From: Tubulanus polymorphus
Taxonomy: Eukaryota; Animalia; Nemertea
Direction: 5' to 3'
Assembly: GCF_964204645.1 (NCBI RefSeq)
Contig: NC_134030.1
Span: 17,112,110 to 17,176,109, forward strand
DNA length: 64,000 nucleotides
Within the stretch, counting starts at the first letter, position 1. Each line of letters starts with the position of its first letter. The notes under the pieces are model-generated. The model searched no databases and had not been told where the DNA came from. It saw nothing but the letters and a program-made list of their open reading frames with translations. Shown one piece after another: positions 1 through 10,807 of this stretch. The position numbers were made by a program, and so were the translations under genes.

Positions 1-792
1 GTCATTTAAATAACTTATTCATGTTATTCTGTATGAATTACCCGTGTGTCTTGTATTTTGTACTTTCTTATTTTAAAATTTGTAACTTTATTGAATTTGG
101 GAATTTTATCCCGGAATTTCAATGTTATAAGGATCAATAAAGTATTGAATTTGTGGCGAAAATTGTCTATATTTGGGGTGGGTTTGACCACAAAATGTCG
201 TCTTTGGTGAAATTATATTATGTATTTAGGAATGGCCTTAAGCCGTTCTTTTCTCATTGTTTCTTTTTAGATGTACGTATTCCGGGACGGGGCTGAGTGT
301 TCTGCGGCGATGTTTCGGGATCTTTTCGGCTCAATTTCAATCCGACAGATTTTTGGTAGTTCTGTCAGATTCCAATTTTACGACCTGGGCAGGCCCCCGC
401 GGTGTTGGCCACGACACATCGCGGTGATATTAGCGATTTTTCGGCGCCTGTCCAGGCCATTCTTTTATTCTCCACCTACCTATTAGTGTGTGTTCATCTT
501 TTTATATTTGAGACCCAACTTCTTTGATTTTGGGCCGTTTTGGTTCCGTCGCGTCGCCGGAGAATTCTCCAGCCCTGCTCGTGTTTACGCTCGTTTTTAC
601 GACGCCGTTCGCTGGCGCCGCCTCACTTCCGTGTGAGCGTTTTCTCGGTGGTGCGGTTAACTCCGGTTTATTTTGTAGTAAATATCTCCGTATCTTCACG
701 ATAGGTAAAACACAATATCCGTGTTGACGCGATGAGGAGAGAATCCCACAATGATAATAAAAAGTCCGAAAATGAAACTTCGAGATAGTAGT

Positions 793-838
793 TTATTCAA
801 CGTTTCGACTATATCCTAATAGTCATCTTCAGGAATAA
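793..838 (-). ncRNA. Minimal type I hammerhead ribozyme of the PLE (3' pLTR copy)
   Basis: Reverse complement of 3642-3687; same core and stems. Confidence 0.85.
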
Positions 839-1146
839 TGAGATACTACAGAAATTATGAGATATATATACAATCCAGGGACAAAGAGACTAATTCAAGT
901 AATCAGAGATGATACAAACTAAAGGAAAATTAACGTAGAAACAGTTACACGCTAAAATAGATTAAAGGGAAGCAAACTAAGGGGTGATTATAAACAACAA
1001 TAGTGAGTATAAATATAAATGAAACTTAAAGTCAGTAGTAAAAAGAAAGACAAACTAAGGGGCACTAAATTAAAACAAAGGTGAATACAAGTTAAGTCAG
1101 AGACGAAATTGATGAGAGAACAAATTACAAATAATCAAAGGGGAAA

Positions 1147-2820
1147 TCAAGTGTTGAGTTTAACCAGTTTACAGAGGAATTTTGATATAAGTTTATTATG
1201 GGGTGAAAAACCATTGTTAAGGTTTACAACGTTGTTCGAATTTTCAATAATTAATGCAGATTCCAAAATATGTCTTCTAGTTTTATCGCTGCAAGGGTAA
1301 ACTAATTCAGCATTAGCAAAATCAAAATTGTGTGAAGTCTGAAAAACATGACTAGCAACTCCGCTTTCAGGTTTAAAGTTTTTTACATCTAATTTATGCT
1401 CTTTTATGCGTTGATTAAGATTCCGACCTGTTTCTCCTATATATACTTTGTCGCAAACTTTACAAGGTATTTTATAAATTCCACAGTTTAGGGATTCGGT
1501 TTTCGGTTTGTTGTTAATCAATATGTTACTAAGTTTATTATTGTATTTAAAGATGAGTTGTTTATTTAGTGACCGAAGAGAAACTTTAGAATTCTCGAGG
1601 AAAGGTACATACGGTACAATGATAGGCTGTTTATCGGTAGCCAACGTAGGAGTTCTAAGGTTGTTATTTCTAAAATGCGTAGTACGAGCTTTAAGTAGAG
1701 CTTTTTCCAATAGGAAATCGGGGTAGGCAAGTTTTTTGAGAGATTGGTTAATATGGTGAATTTCATCGGGTAGAAATGAGGGGTCGCAAATTCTCAAAGC
1801 GCGAAGAAATAATCCTTGAGCTAAACCGAGTTTAATATCCGGAGAAGTAAAAGAGAAGTAATGGAGGTAGGATTCAGCGTTGTTAGGTTTCCTATAAACC
1901 GCGAATTTCAAAAAGGATCCACAGTTAAAAATCAAAACATCCAGAAAAGGTATTTTACTATTAGATTCCCATTCATACGTAAAAGCCAGAGACGGGTAAA
2001 GGGAGTTTAAATATATAAGAAAGTTATCAACATAGAAGTCAAAGGGAACCAAAGCCAGAACATCGTCAACATATCTGAGCCAGATTTTAGGGTGAATATC
2101 AGTGTAAAGAGGCAATATTTCAGATTCAACATGTTCTAGGAATAAATTAGCTAGAATAGGACTTAGAGGATTTCCCATAGCGATACCGAATGTCTGTTCG
2201 TAAAAACAATTGTTGAATTCAAAAAAGGAGTCCGTCGTACAAATAGAGATAAGGTCGATGATACAATCCGTAGGAATGCCGAAGTTAATGTTAAGTGATG
2301 GTAATCTGCGTTTTAAGAAATCAAGAGTAGGTCCAAGAGGAACATTGGTAAAAAGGGAAGTAACATCAAATGATATAAATTTGTCGTTGCCAGGGATAAT
2401 ATTCTTAATACGTTCAAGTAAGTGTTGATTATGGCGAAGGTGCGACGGAGAGAACGAACCGAGCACCGGAGATAACTGTTTCGCGAGAAATTTAGATAAC
2501 CGGTATGTAGGAGAATTACAATTGGAGACTATAGGGCGCAGTGGAACATTATCTTTATGAATTTTAGGCAATCCATAGATATATGGTAAAGAGGGAAGAC
2601 GTGAATGGAACTTATTCAGAGTTTCTTTAGCGGAGGGGAAACGTTTAATAATATCCGAAAGACTTCTGTTGAAATTAGCTTGCATACGAGGAAGAGGATT
2701 CGATTTAAGTTTCTTATAAACACCAGGATTATCCAAGAGAGATTGCATTTTAACATTATAATTATCCAGATCTAAAATCACAATCTTGCCACCTTTATCA
2801 GCCTTAGATATTTTAATAGT
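1147..2820 (-). CDS. PLE reverse transcriptase + GIY-YIG endonuclease (N-terminally truncated at the inversion junction)
   Basis: Frame is open from 2820 (TIKISKADKGGKIV, DKG motif); YGLPKIHK, LRPIVS, SFDVTSLFT, GIAMGNPLSP, RYVDD, FLDV; C-terminal GIYKIPCKVCDKVYIGETGR. Confidence 0.95.
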   Translation of the reverse strand, partial: TIKISKADKGGKIVILDLDNYNVKMQSLLDNPGVYKKLKSNPLPRMQANFNRSLSDIIKRFPSAKETLNKFHSRLPSLPYIYGLPKIHKDNVPLRPIVSNCNSPTYRLSKFLAKQLSPVLGSFSPSHLRHNQHLLERIKNIIPGNDKFISFDVTSLFTNVPLGPTLDFLKRRLPSLNINFGIPTDCIIDLISICTTDSFFEFNNCFYEQTFGIAMGNPLSPILANLFLEHVESEILPLYTDIHPKIWLRYVDDVLALVPFDFYVDNFLIYLNSLYPSLAFTYEWESNSKIPFLDVLIFNCGSFLKFAVYRKPNNAESYLHYFSFTSPDIKLGLAQGLFLRALRICDPSFLPDEIHHINQSLKKLAYPDFLLEKALLKARTTHFRNNNLRTPTLATDKQPIIVPYVPFLENSKVSLRSLNKQLIFKYNNKLSNILINNKPKTESLNCGIYKIPCKVCDKVYIGETGRNLNQRIKEHKLDVKNFKPESGVASHVFQTSHNFDFANAELVYPCSDKTRRHILESALIIENSNNVVNLNNGFSPHNKLISKFLCKLVKLNT

Positions 2821-3749
2821 CTTAGAACTCCTACGTTGGCTACCGATAAACAGCCTATCATTGTACCGTATGTACCTTTCCTCGAGAATTCTAAAGTTTC
2901 TCTTCGGTCACTAAATAAACAACTCATCTTTAAATACAATAATAAACTTAGTAACATATTGATTAACAACAAACCGAAAACCGAATCCCTAAACTGTGGA
3001 ATTTATAAAATACCTTGTAAAGTTTGCGACAAAGTATATATAGGAGAAACAGGTCGGAATCTTAATCAACGCATAAAAGAGCATAAATTAGATGTAAAAA
3101 ACTTTAAACCTGAAAGCGGAGTTGCTAGTCATGTTTTTCAGACTTCACACAATTTTGATTTTGCTAATGCTGAATTAGTTTACCCTTGCAGCGATAAAAC
3201 TAGAAGACATATTTTGGAATCTGCATTAATTATTGAAAATTCGAACAACGTTGTAAACCTTAACAATGGTTTTTCACCCCATAATAAACTTATATCAAAA
3301 TTCCTCTGTAAACTGGTTAAACTCAACACTTGATTTCCCCTTTGATTATTTGTAATTTGTTCTCTCATCAATTTCGTCTCTGACTTAACTTGTATTCACC
3401 TTTGTTTTAATTTAGTGCCCCTTAGTTTGTCTTTCTTTTTACTACTGACTTTAAGTTTCATTTATATTTATACTCACTATTGTTGTTTATAATCACCCCT
3501 TAGTTTGCTTCCCTTTAATCTATTTTAGCGTGTAACTGTTTCTACGTTAATTTTCCTTTAGTTTGTATCATCTCTGATTACTTGAATTAGTCTCTTTGTC
3601 CCTGGATTGTATATATATCTCATAATTTCTGTAGTATCTCATTATTCCTGAAGATGACTATTAGGATATAGTCGAAACGTTGAATAAACTACTATCTCGA
3701 AGTTTCATTTTCGGACTTTTTATTATCATTGTGGGATTCTCTCCTCATC
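2821..3749 (+). repeat. Inverted pseudo-LTR copy of 731-1659 (contains duplicate GIY-YIG coding segment 2836-3333)
   Basis: Reverse complement of 731-1659; ORF 2836-3333 translation equals the C-terminus of the minus-strand ORF. Confidence 0.95.
3642..3687 (+). ncRNA. Minimal type I hammerhead ribozyme of the PLE (inverted pLTR copy)
   Basis: Stem I TTATTC/GAATAA; core CTGAAGA; stem II GACTAT-TAGGAT-ATAGTC; GAAA; palindromic vestigial stem III AACGTT with a GUU cleavage triplet. Confidence 0.85.
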
Positions 3750-4481
3750 TCCGTATCTGTCTTATAGTCGTCATTTTTCGCGTTAATCTTAAAATATTAT
3801 AGAACTTAATTCTATTTCGCGCGTATGAAGTCTTTATTTAGGGTTTTATCATTCGTCAAATCATTCGTCAATTATTCAAACTATAAATTTGGCGCAATCG
3901 CGCTCATTGGCAACTTGGCTCTGGCAGAGCCACATTAGAAACTCTTTCTTGCTGCCTCTTCACCGTTTTACGAATCGGACGCTGTAAATCGTACAGATCA
4001 TGTAAGAAGACAATTTTACTTTCTATTTAAGACACGGGCCTCCGGGTCGTCTGACCCCGGGATCGCTGCAGTGGTTTTTGACATCCCGCCCTCAGTGAGT
4101 CCCGGGTGCCGACGCACCCTGGGGCCGTGTAGTCGTCGGCCATGGGCTGCCGATAAACTCGTCACTTACAATCCTGTAAATATTGTAAATTCTCCGTCAA
4201 TTCATCGTCTGTTTAAATTCAATCCTTTGACGATGCCATCTTAACGCTCTCGTCGCTGTAATTAGTAATAGTAATAGTAATAATAATAGTATGGTATATC
4301 TTCTGGGCTATTTCCGTAATCTTACTCCGAGATGTCATTTCTGCTGACCATGAAAATCGCCTGTATTCAGTATCACTCCTTTTTCGAACGAACACGCGGT
4401 CGTTTCATCTCCTTCTTGACGTCGCCTCTGAATTTCGACTCTTCGAGTTCGCGTCAACGACATTTTGAATTTGGCGCGCCG

Positions 4482-4980
4482 TCGTTGATTAACGACAACG
4501 CTCGTCGTTAACTATTTGACGCTCCGTCGTATAATTCTTATCGTTGATTAACGACAACGCTCGTCGTTAACTATTTGACGCTCCGTCGTATAATTCTTGT
4601 CGTTGATTGAAGACAACGCTCGGCGTTAACTATTTGACGCTCCGTCGTGTAATTCTTATCGTTGATTAACGACAACGGTCGTCGTTAACTATTTGACGCT
4701 CCGTCGTATAATTCTTATCGTTGATTGAAGACAACGCTCGGCGTTAACTATTTGACGCTCCGTCGTGTAATTCTTATCGTTGATTAACGACAACGGTCGT
4801 CGTTAAATATTTGACGCTCCGTCGTATAATTCTTATCGTTGATTGAAGACAACGCTCGTCGTTAACTATTTGACGCTCCGTCGTATAATTCTTATCGTTG
4901 ATTAACGACCACGCTCGTCGTTAATTTTTTGACGCTCCGTCGTTAACATCTTAATCGTTGATTAGCTTCAACGCTCGTTT
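4482..4980. repeat. 59-bp tandem repeat in the 5' LTR (~8.5 units)
   Basis: Unit TCGTTGATTAACGACAACGCTCGTCGTTAACTATTTGACGCTCCGTCGTATAATTCTTA. Confidence 0.95.
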
Positions 4981-5887
4981 ACTGAGACCTAAGTTATATT
5001 AGATACACGCCGGAGTCCGCCGCGCCACCGCTTCTATTTGACGTTCGGTCGTCTCTTTTGTATGCTACCGTACATTGACTGTAACAAGGCTTTGCAAGCC
5101 ATGAAGGGCACATTCTTTTTATATATCGAAATGTAAAGAATCAAGGTGTTTTGCGTGTGGACATGATGTCCCCTTGGCATCAAGAACGATGAACTTTGTA
5201 TTATAAGAAAATATATATATTTAATAATTCGTACTACATTCCAATCAAACTTCGAATCTTGCGTTTATTTCATTCGCCGGCACTGGAAGAAAGGACGAAG
5301 ATTTCTGTTGTTTTCCTGCTGCATCGAACCCATTTAGTTCTACGTGAGGATCGTTCCCCTATTGACCGTCGCTACGGACAACACTTATGCATACGACTAG
5401 TTTGACAGATCTGGCATGAGTCGCAATTAGCTCCTGAGATGACGGGGGACAGCTATGTGCGAGAGGGCACTTGGAATGGGGGTAGCCATATCCGCCGAGT
5501 AATCAACACTGCGAGTTTCGTCCGAGGAAAGCCCCTAAAGCGGATTACTCTGAGGAGAGCGGGTTGGGGGGTCTGTATTGGCCACACAGATTAAGGCTAC
5601 GTGGAGTAGGGAGGCGACTGTTTAGAGGAGAGCGTACTGCTTAAGCGCCCTTTTTAGCGACATTTTTCAATAGAGGAACAGATTCTACATATTTTATACC
5701 ATTTGCTTTCCTGGGGAAGACAAGAGTCTCCTTGCCGTATTCACTACCCGAGTGCGGTCGACCCAGGCGGACCCGTGTAGCGAGCGCCCCGGCGAAGCAG
5801 AGTGACTACGACTACGCTACCTATGGACAACAGCAGTCACTACCTGAATTACTATTTTATATGTTTACACTACAACCGCTACAAAAA

Positions 5888-5905
5888 TGGTGGCAGCGGT
5901 GGGAT
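5888..5905 (+). promoter_or_regulatory. Primer-binding site (tRNA-Leu)
   Basis: TGGTGGCAGCGGTGGGAT, 4 nt after the LTR end; complementary to the 3' end of tRNA-Leu. Confidence 0.85.
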
Positions 5906-6114
5906 CTATTTATCAAAATACTTCCCTTATTGAAAGTATTAATTTTCGTTTGACTTGACGAGTGACGGGTTAGGGCTATTTTATTTTTCCGATGCAGCAG
6001 AAATCCTTCTTCCAGTGATCAGCTTATCATATATATTTAAATCGGTATTTCCTTTCAACCTTCTTGCGCGGCGTCATTCTAATCGTTCGTCTTCTAATTC
6101 AGCTATAAGTAAAA

Positions 6115-7232
6115 ATGGAAAATAATGACATGACGAGAGGTCGCTCACGTACCCGAGGCAAGGCAAAGAGCAGATCCCATAGTCAGGGAGATGAACGACA
6201 CGTACGATTTGATCAAGACCTTGACCTTACTAGAGATCGCGAGGTTACTCAATCAGCCTCCGGCGACGGTTCTCACGACGGGTCATTTAGCCGACTTACC
6301 AGTGATGAGACTCGTACGATGACAGAATCGAGGGACGACATCACTGACCTTCCTTTCAATGATGAAATCGACCGACCGAGGCCCTTTGAGCGTGAGACAG
6401 CACCGATCGGCCCAGCAACGACCGGCTATAGCTCGACTGTTCATAATTCATATAATATCAGACCTGAGACGTTTTCCGGAGACGGCTCATGGCCTGATTA
6501 TCTCAAGTTTTCGAGACTGTAGCCCGAATTAATGGCTGGAACGGACGTCTTAAAGCCGATATCCTGTTTGCTCATCTTCGTGGTCCAGCCCGAGAACTAG
6601 TATGTACACTCGTCGACGAGGAGAGGCGAGATTTTCAGCAACTGGTCAGAGTGCTCGACAATCGCTTTGGACATGGTCATCAGGCTGAACTATTTTTGGC
6701 TGAAATAAGAAACAGACGTCGTAAACGAAATGAAGGCCTGAGAGAGCTCTCGCAGGTAATAATCACCTTGGCAACCAAGGCTTTCCCTGATTTAACTCCG
6801 ACTCAACGAGAACGATTAACACGAAACCATTTTATCGATGCTTTGGATGATAGAGATTTGAGAATGCGCCTTCATCAGAGTCATAGTACGTCATTAGATG
6901 AGGTCGTGAAATTAGCGGTAGAACTCGAGGCATTCGAGAACTAAGAAGATGTTCGGGAGAGAAACTCGCATGGCTTCGTGAATCAGGTTAAATCGGAACC
7001 CCGTGGAGAAATTGAAGGGTTAAAAGAACAAGTCTCTCAACTAACCTCAATGGTGAAGCAAGTGTTGACTCAGCAACGCCCCCCTGTGGATGCCGGTAGG
7101 CGTCTCCCTAATCGCATCGTCTGTTACGCCTGCGGAGAGCCCGGCCATATTTCTCGAGAATGTCGCAGATCAAGGCATCGGGGAAACGAGGGAGGGTTGG
7201 CTCCTCGAGAGTCCGGCCAGCCGCGCAAGTAG
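6115..7232 (+). pseudogene. gag: Gypsy gag (frameshift near 6510, stop at 6942-6944)
   Basis: PETFSGDGSW, LDNRFG...RRRKRNEGLRE, FIDAL; CCHC knuckle CYACGEPGHISREC. Confidence 0.85.
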
Positions 7233-7483
7233 ACGAACTCTCGCTTCCTTCATCAAATCATCATACTCAAACTCCTAAAATTAAAGAAATCAGAAAGATT
7301 AATCAAATGAGCAGAAATTCAACGAGCATAATCGTACATGGAAAGATAGGAGAAATCAATGTAAATTACTTGATTGACACGGGAGCTTGCGTCTCCGTTG
7401 TAAATAACAAGATTTATAATCAACTGCGTCCTGCGATGAAAGATAAATTAGAGATGTCAAATATATACATTTCGATCGATTGA
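7230..7483 (+). pseudogene. pol: Retroviral-type aspartic protease, truncated; rest of pol deleted
   Basis: VHGKIGEINVNYLIDTGACVSVV motif directly after gag. Confidence 0.8.
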
Positions 7484-7639
7484 AGCCCTATGTGGCCGTT
7501 GATTCGCCCCTAGGTGCGATGCCCTCTGAGGGCCTTTCTAGTAGAAGATCTGATCGAAGAACCCACTTGCCCGATAGGTTCGGGGATTGGACCGTCTAAT
7601 CTGGTTTTCTTATATAAATCTGCAACTTTATTATTACAG

Positions 7640-8904
7640 GTCGAGCATCAAGACAAAATGTCGCTTTTGTTATAAGCATTTCCGTTCGGAAGCGATCGAA
7701 GCACATGCTAATGGGTGCGAGGGGCGGCCTGTCGCAGGCCGCTGCTACAAATGCCGCGACTGCGGCCGTATATCTCATACTAAACTTTCCGCGCGGCAGC
7801 ACGGCAAATATCATGTCAAAACAACAAATCGCGACCCAGGGTACGAGGTCATCATCGAGGGCGACGAAAATTCACCTCCGCGCAAATCGTGCGCACCGAG
7901 GAGTGGGACCGAGATCCAGCTCTAACTATCTTGGAATCTCCCAGCCGCACTGACGACCGTCGGGCGCGACGCGAGGCCGACCGGGCTCATCGGGCACGCG
8001 TGAAGGCGAACATGATCGCAAGCAACCGCATCGCAGAGGAGGCCCGCCAGCTCGACGCGACCTTTCTGGCGCAACAGACCAATGTAGGTTTAGAAATTCG
8101 TCGCGACCTCGAGGCCAAGAAGGCGATAGCTCGGCTTGACCCCGGTAAACCTACACCGATCGCGACGCCTCAGATTGCGCCGCAACCGATAGTAACGTCT
8201 CCGCCTCAGATCGCGCCGCCACAGATCGCGACGCCTCAGACCGTGTCAACACCGATCGTGATATCTCCTATTGCGCCGTCACCGAAGACGACACACGCGT
8301 CGGATATCGGCCCGGACATGCCGGCTGATTTTGATTTGTTTTGAGCAAGGGGGACGCCCCTCCTTCGCCGCCTGCGACTTCTCCAAATTCGTCGGCCGAC
8401 ATTTCCGTCGTTGCACCAATAGTCGTCGCGGAGACGGAGGCCGAAGCGGGCAGGTTCCAGCTGTTGAATAACCAAATCACGCCGGTGATACCCACCAGGA
8501 ACATCGAAGAGGAGGAGCAGCGGCTGCTCGCCCTGGCTGACGCTGGTGTGCCGGAAGTTATTATAGGAACTAACGAACTGACAAGTGTTGGCACGGGCCA
8601 GCACGTTATACTTGTGCGCGACGAAGAGGTTGGCTCGGCGTCTACCCGTAGCCTGCATGTGACTTTACATTACCACCCCTCCGCAATGGGTACTGCATAT
8701 CAATACTGTGGGACCCCTACCGAAACCTTCACTTGCACCGCGTGTCGGATCCTCGCAGCCCACCACAGGATTGAATGGCCTCCCGCCGAGAAAGAGATCG
8801 CTCCGCGCCGTGTCGCAGTATTTGGCCTGAGACATCAGCATCCGACCCCGCACGGACCCGTCGCCACCTGGGGCCTGGACCGTCGGCCCAGTCCGTGCGA
8901 GTAA
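7640..8904 (+). pseudogene. Gypsy additional ORF (ORF3): N-terminal zinc fingers plus Pro-rich region, frameshifted
   Basis: CRFC..H...C and CRDC...HGKYH motifs; three overlapping GC-rich ORFs (7587, 7889, 8341); splice-acceptor-like TTTTATTATTACAG at ~7639. Confidence 0.5.
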
Positions 8905-9243
8905 TAGGGGTAATGGGCTGTCAAATCAAAGGTCGAACGGTCGAGCTCATAAAAAATGAAAAATATGAAAATAATAACAATTTCTACTTGAATTAGTCGC
9001 GAAACTCATAAAAAATGAAAAATAATTCTCACACACTCGAATTTATTTTTCATTTTTACTCGCTAGAAAAAAGTGTGAGTAAAGTGTGAGTGAAATAAAT
9101 TCGAGCGTGTGAGAATTATTTTTCATTTTTTATGAGTTTCACTCCTAATTCAAGTAGAAATTGTTATTATTTTCATATTTTTCATTTTTTAATGAACTCG
9201 ACCATTCAACCTTTAACCTGAAAGCCCATTACCCCTATTACTC
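8899..9243. repeat. ~345-bp foldback (long imperfect palindrome)
   Basis: GAGTAATAGGGGTAATGGGC...GCCCATTACCCCTATTACTC; arms ~155 bp. Confidence 0.9.
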
Positions 9244-9363
9244 TTAAAATATTCATATACATGAATAAGATATATATGAATAACATATAAATCGGATAGA
9301 TTATTCAATATAAAAGTGTGAGTGAAATAATTCATATTTAAAACATTGAATATTTATATTTGA

Positions 9364-10014
9364 ATGAGTTTTAATAAAAATTTTGTTATAAAAATGAAGA
9401 AAGAAGAAGAAGAACCCAACTTTAAAATCGAAATCAATGAAACCAATAAATCATTTTCACAGTTTTACATTAAAAATTATATTTCAGCAACAAATTTAGT
9501 GTCCGCAAGGTATTATAAAATTGAAAATATTACTGTAATTGATCAAATATTATCAAATGAAACATATTTAATTACTGAACTAGTAGATACTTTTGATAAT
9601 GGTGTTAAAAATCCTAAATTGTTCAATACAGTTTTAAATTTTAAAGGAACTTTAGATGAAAACATAATTAATATTCTTAAAACTCCTTTCAATGAAAGAA
9701 ATGATGATATAATACTTTCAAAAGATTACAATGATTTGATTAACTTAAGAATTGAAAAAAGACAATTATATTATTTCAATTTTGATAATAAACAAATTAT
9801 CTATAATGAAAATTCATCAAATATTGGAATTCAATGTGAATTAGATAATGAAAAATCATGTAAAAATATTGCAGTTCAATGTAATTTAGATGATGAATTT
9901 AGAAAATTCAATCCTAATGAAAAAGTGCATTGTTATTGCGGAGGTAAATATTTAAAATCACATAAATCAAAGCATTATGAAACAATTAAACATAAAAACT
10001 GGCGTAAAGAGTAA
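9364..10014 (+). CDS. AT-rich hypothetical protein with C-terminal CxCG...H...H zinc-finger motif (Polinton/large DNA virus-like)
   Basis: 216-aa open frame in ~80% AT DNA; ends CYCGGKYLKSHKSKHYETIKH. Confidence 0.55.
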   Translation: MSFNKNFVIKMKKEEEEPNFKIEINETNKSFSQFYIKNYISATNLVSARYYKIENITVIDQILSNETYLITELVDTFDNGVKNPKLFNTVLNFKGTLDENIINILKTPFNERNDDIILSKDYNDLINLRIEKRQLYYFNFDNKQIIYNENSSNIGIQCELDNEKSCKNIAVQCNLDDEFRKFNPNEKVHCYCGGKYLKSHKSKHYETIKHKNWRKE

Positions 10015-10067
10015 CAATTCTACATTATAATTATTGAATTGAGTTAAATGATTTAGATATCTAATAA

Positions 10068-10802
10068 ACTGTTAAAATGATAAATTGTTTGACAGTTAAA
10101 ATGATAAATTGTTTGACAGTTAAAATGATGAATTGTTTGACAGTTAAAATGATGAATTGTTTGACAGTTGAAATGATAAATTGTTTGACAGTCGAAATGA
10201 TAAATTGTTTGACAGTTGAAATGATAAATTGTTTGACAGTTGAAATGATAAATTGTTTGACAGTTGAAATGATAAATTGTTTGACGGTTGAAATGATAAA
10301 TTGTTTGACGGTTGAAATGATAAATTGTTTGACAGTTGAAATGATAAATTGTTTGACTGTTGAAATGTTAAATTGTTAGACAGTTGAAATGATAAATTGT
10401 TTGACAGTTGAAATGATAAATTGTTTGACAGTTGAAATGGTAAATTGTTTGACAGTTGAAATGATAAATTGTTTGACGGTTGAAATGATAAATTGTTTGA
10501 CGGTTGAAATGATAAATTGTTTGACGGTTGAAATGATAAATTGTTTGACAGTTGAAATGATAAATTGTTTGACTGTTGAAATGTTAAATTGTTAGACAGT
10601 TGAAATGATAAATTGTTTGACAGTTGAAATGATAAATTGTTTGACAGTTGAAATGGTAAATTGTTTGACAGTTGAAATGATAAATTGTTTGACGGTTGAA
10701 ATGATAAATTGTTTGACAGTTGAAATGATAAATTGTTTGACAGTTGAAATGATAAATTGTTTGACAGTTGAAATGATAAATTGTTTGACAGTTGAAATGA
10801 TT
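10068..10802. repeat. 24-bp minisatellite (~30 units)
   Basis: Unit GTTGAAATGATAAATTGTTTGACA; variant units recur at 216-bp spacing. Confidence 0.97.
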
Positions 10803-10807
10803 TAAGT

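Larger units (their letters stand above)
696..3746 (-). mobile_element. Penelope-like retroelement (Penelope/Poseidon type), 5'-truncated, with inverted pseudo-LTR
   Basis: RT + GIY-YIG ORF; 929-bp inverted repeat 731-1659 / 2821-3749; 35-nt 3' tail 696-730; direct repeat ATCTCCGTATCT at 684-695 and 3747-3758 (TSD). Confidence 0.93.
152..5883 (+). repeat. 5' LTR (~2.7 kb once the Penelope insertion is removed)
   Basis: TG...CA termini; TATAAA at ~3882; followed directly by the PBS; 3838-5883 is repeated at 10808-12689. Confidence 0.8.

Noticed and set aside
4482-4980. CRISPR-like array (palindromic repeats)
   Set aside because: Units are head-to-tail with no unique spacers; no cas genes; eukaryotic LTR context.
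5080-5883. Short 0.8-kb LTR starting TGTAAC
   Set aside because: The direct repeat extends 1.2 kb further upstream and the TSD fits a start at 152.
5888-5905. tRNA-Leu gene fragment
   Set aside because: Only 18 nt complementary to the tRNA 3' end including CCA, next to an LTR: a PBS.
10077-10805. MINCLTVE-repeat proteins
   Set aside because: Translation artefact of a 24-bp minisatellite.
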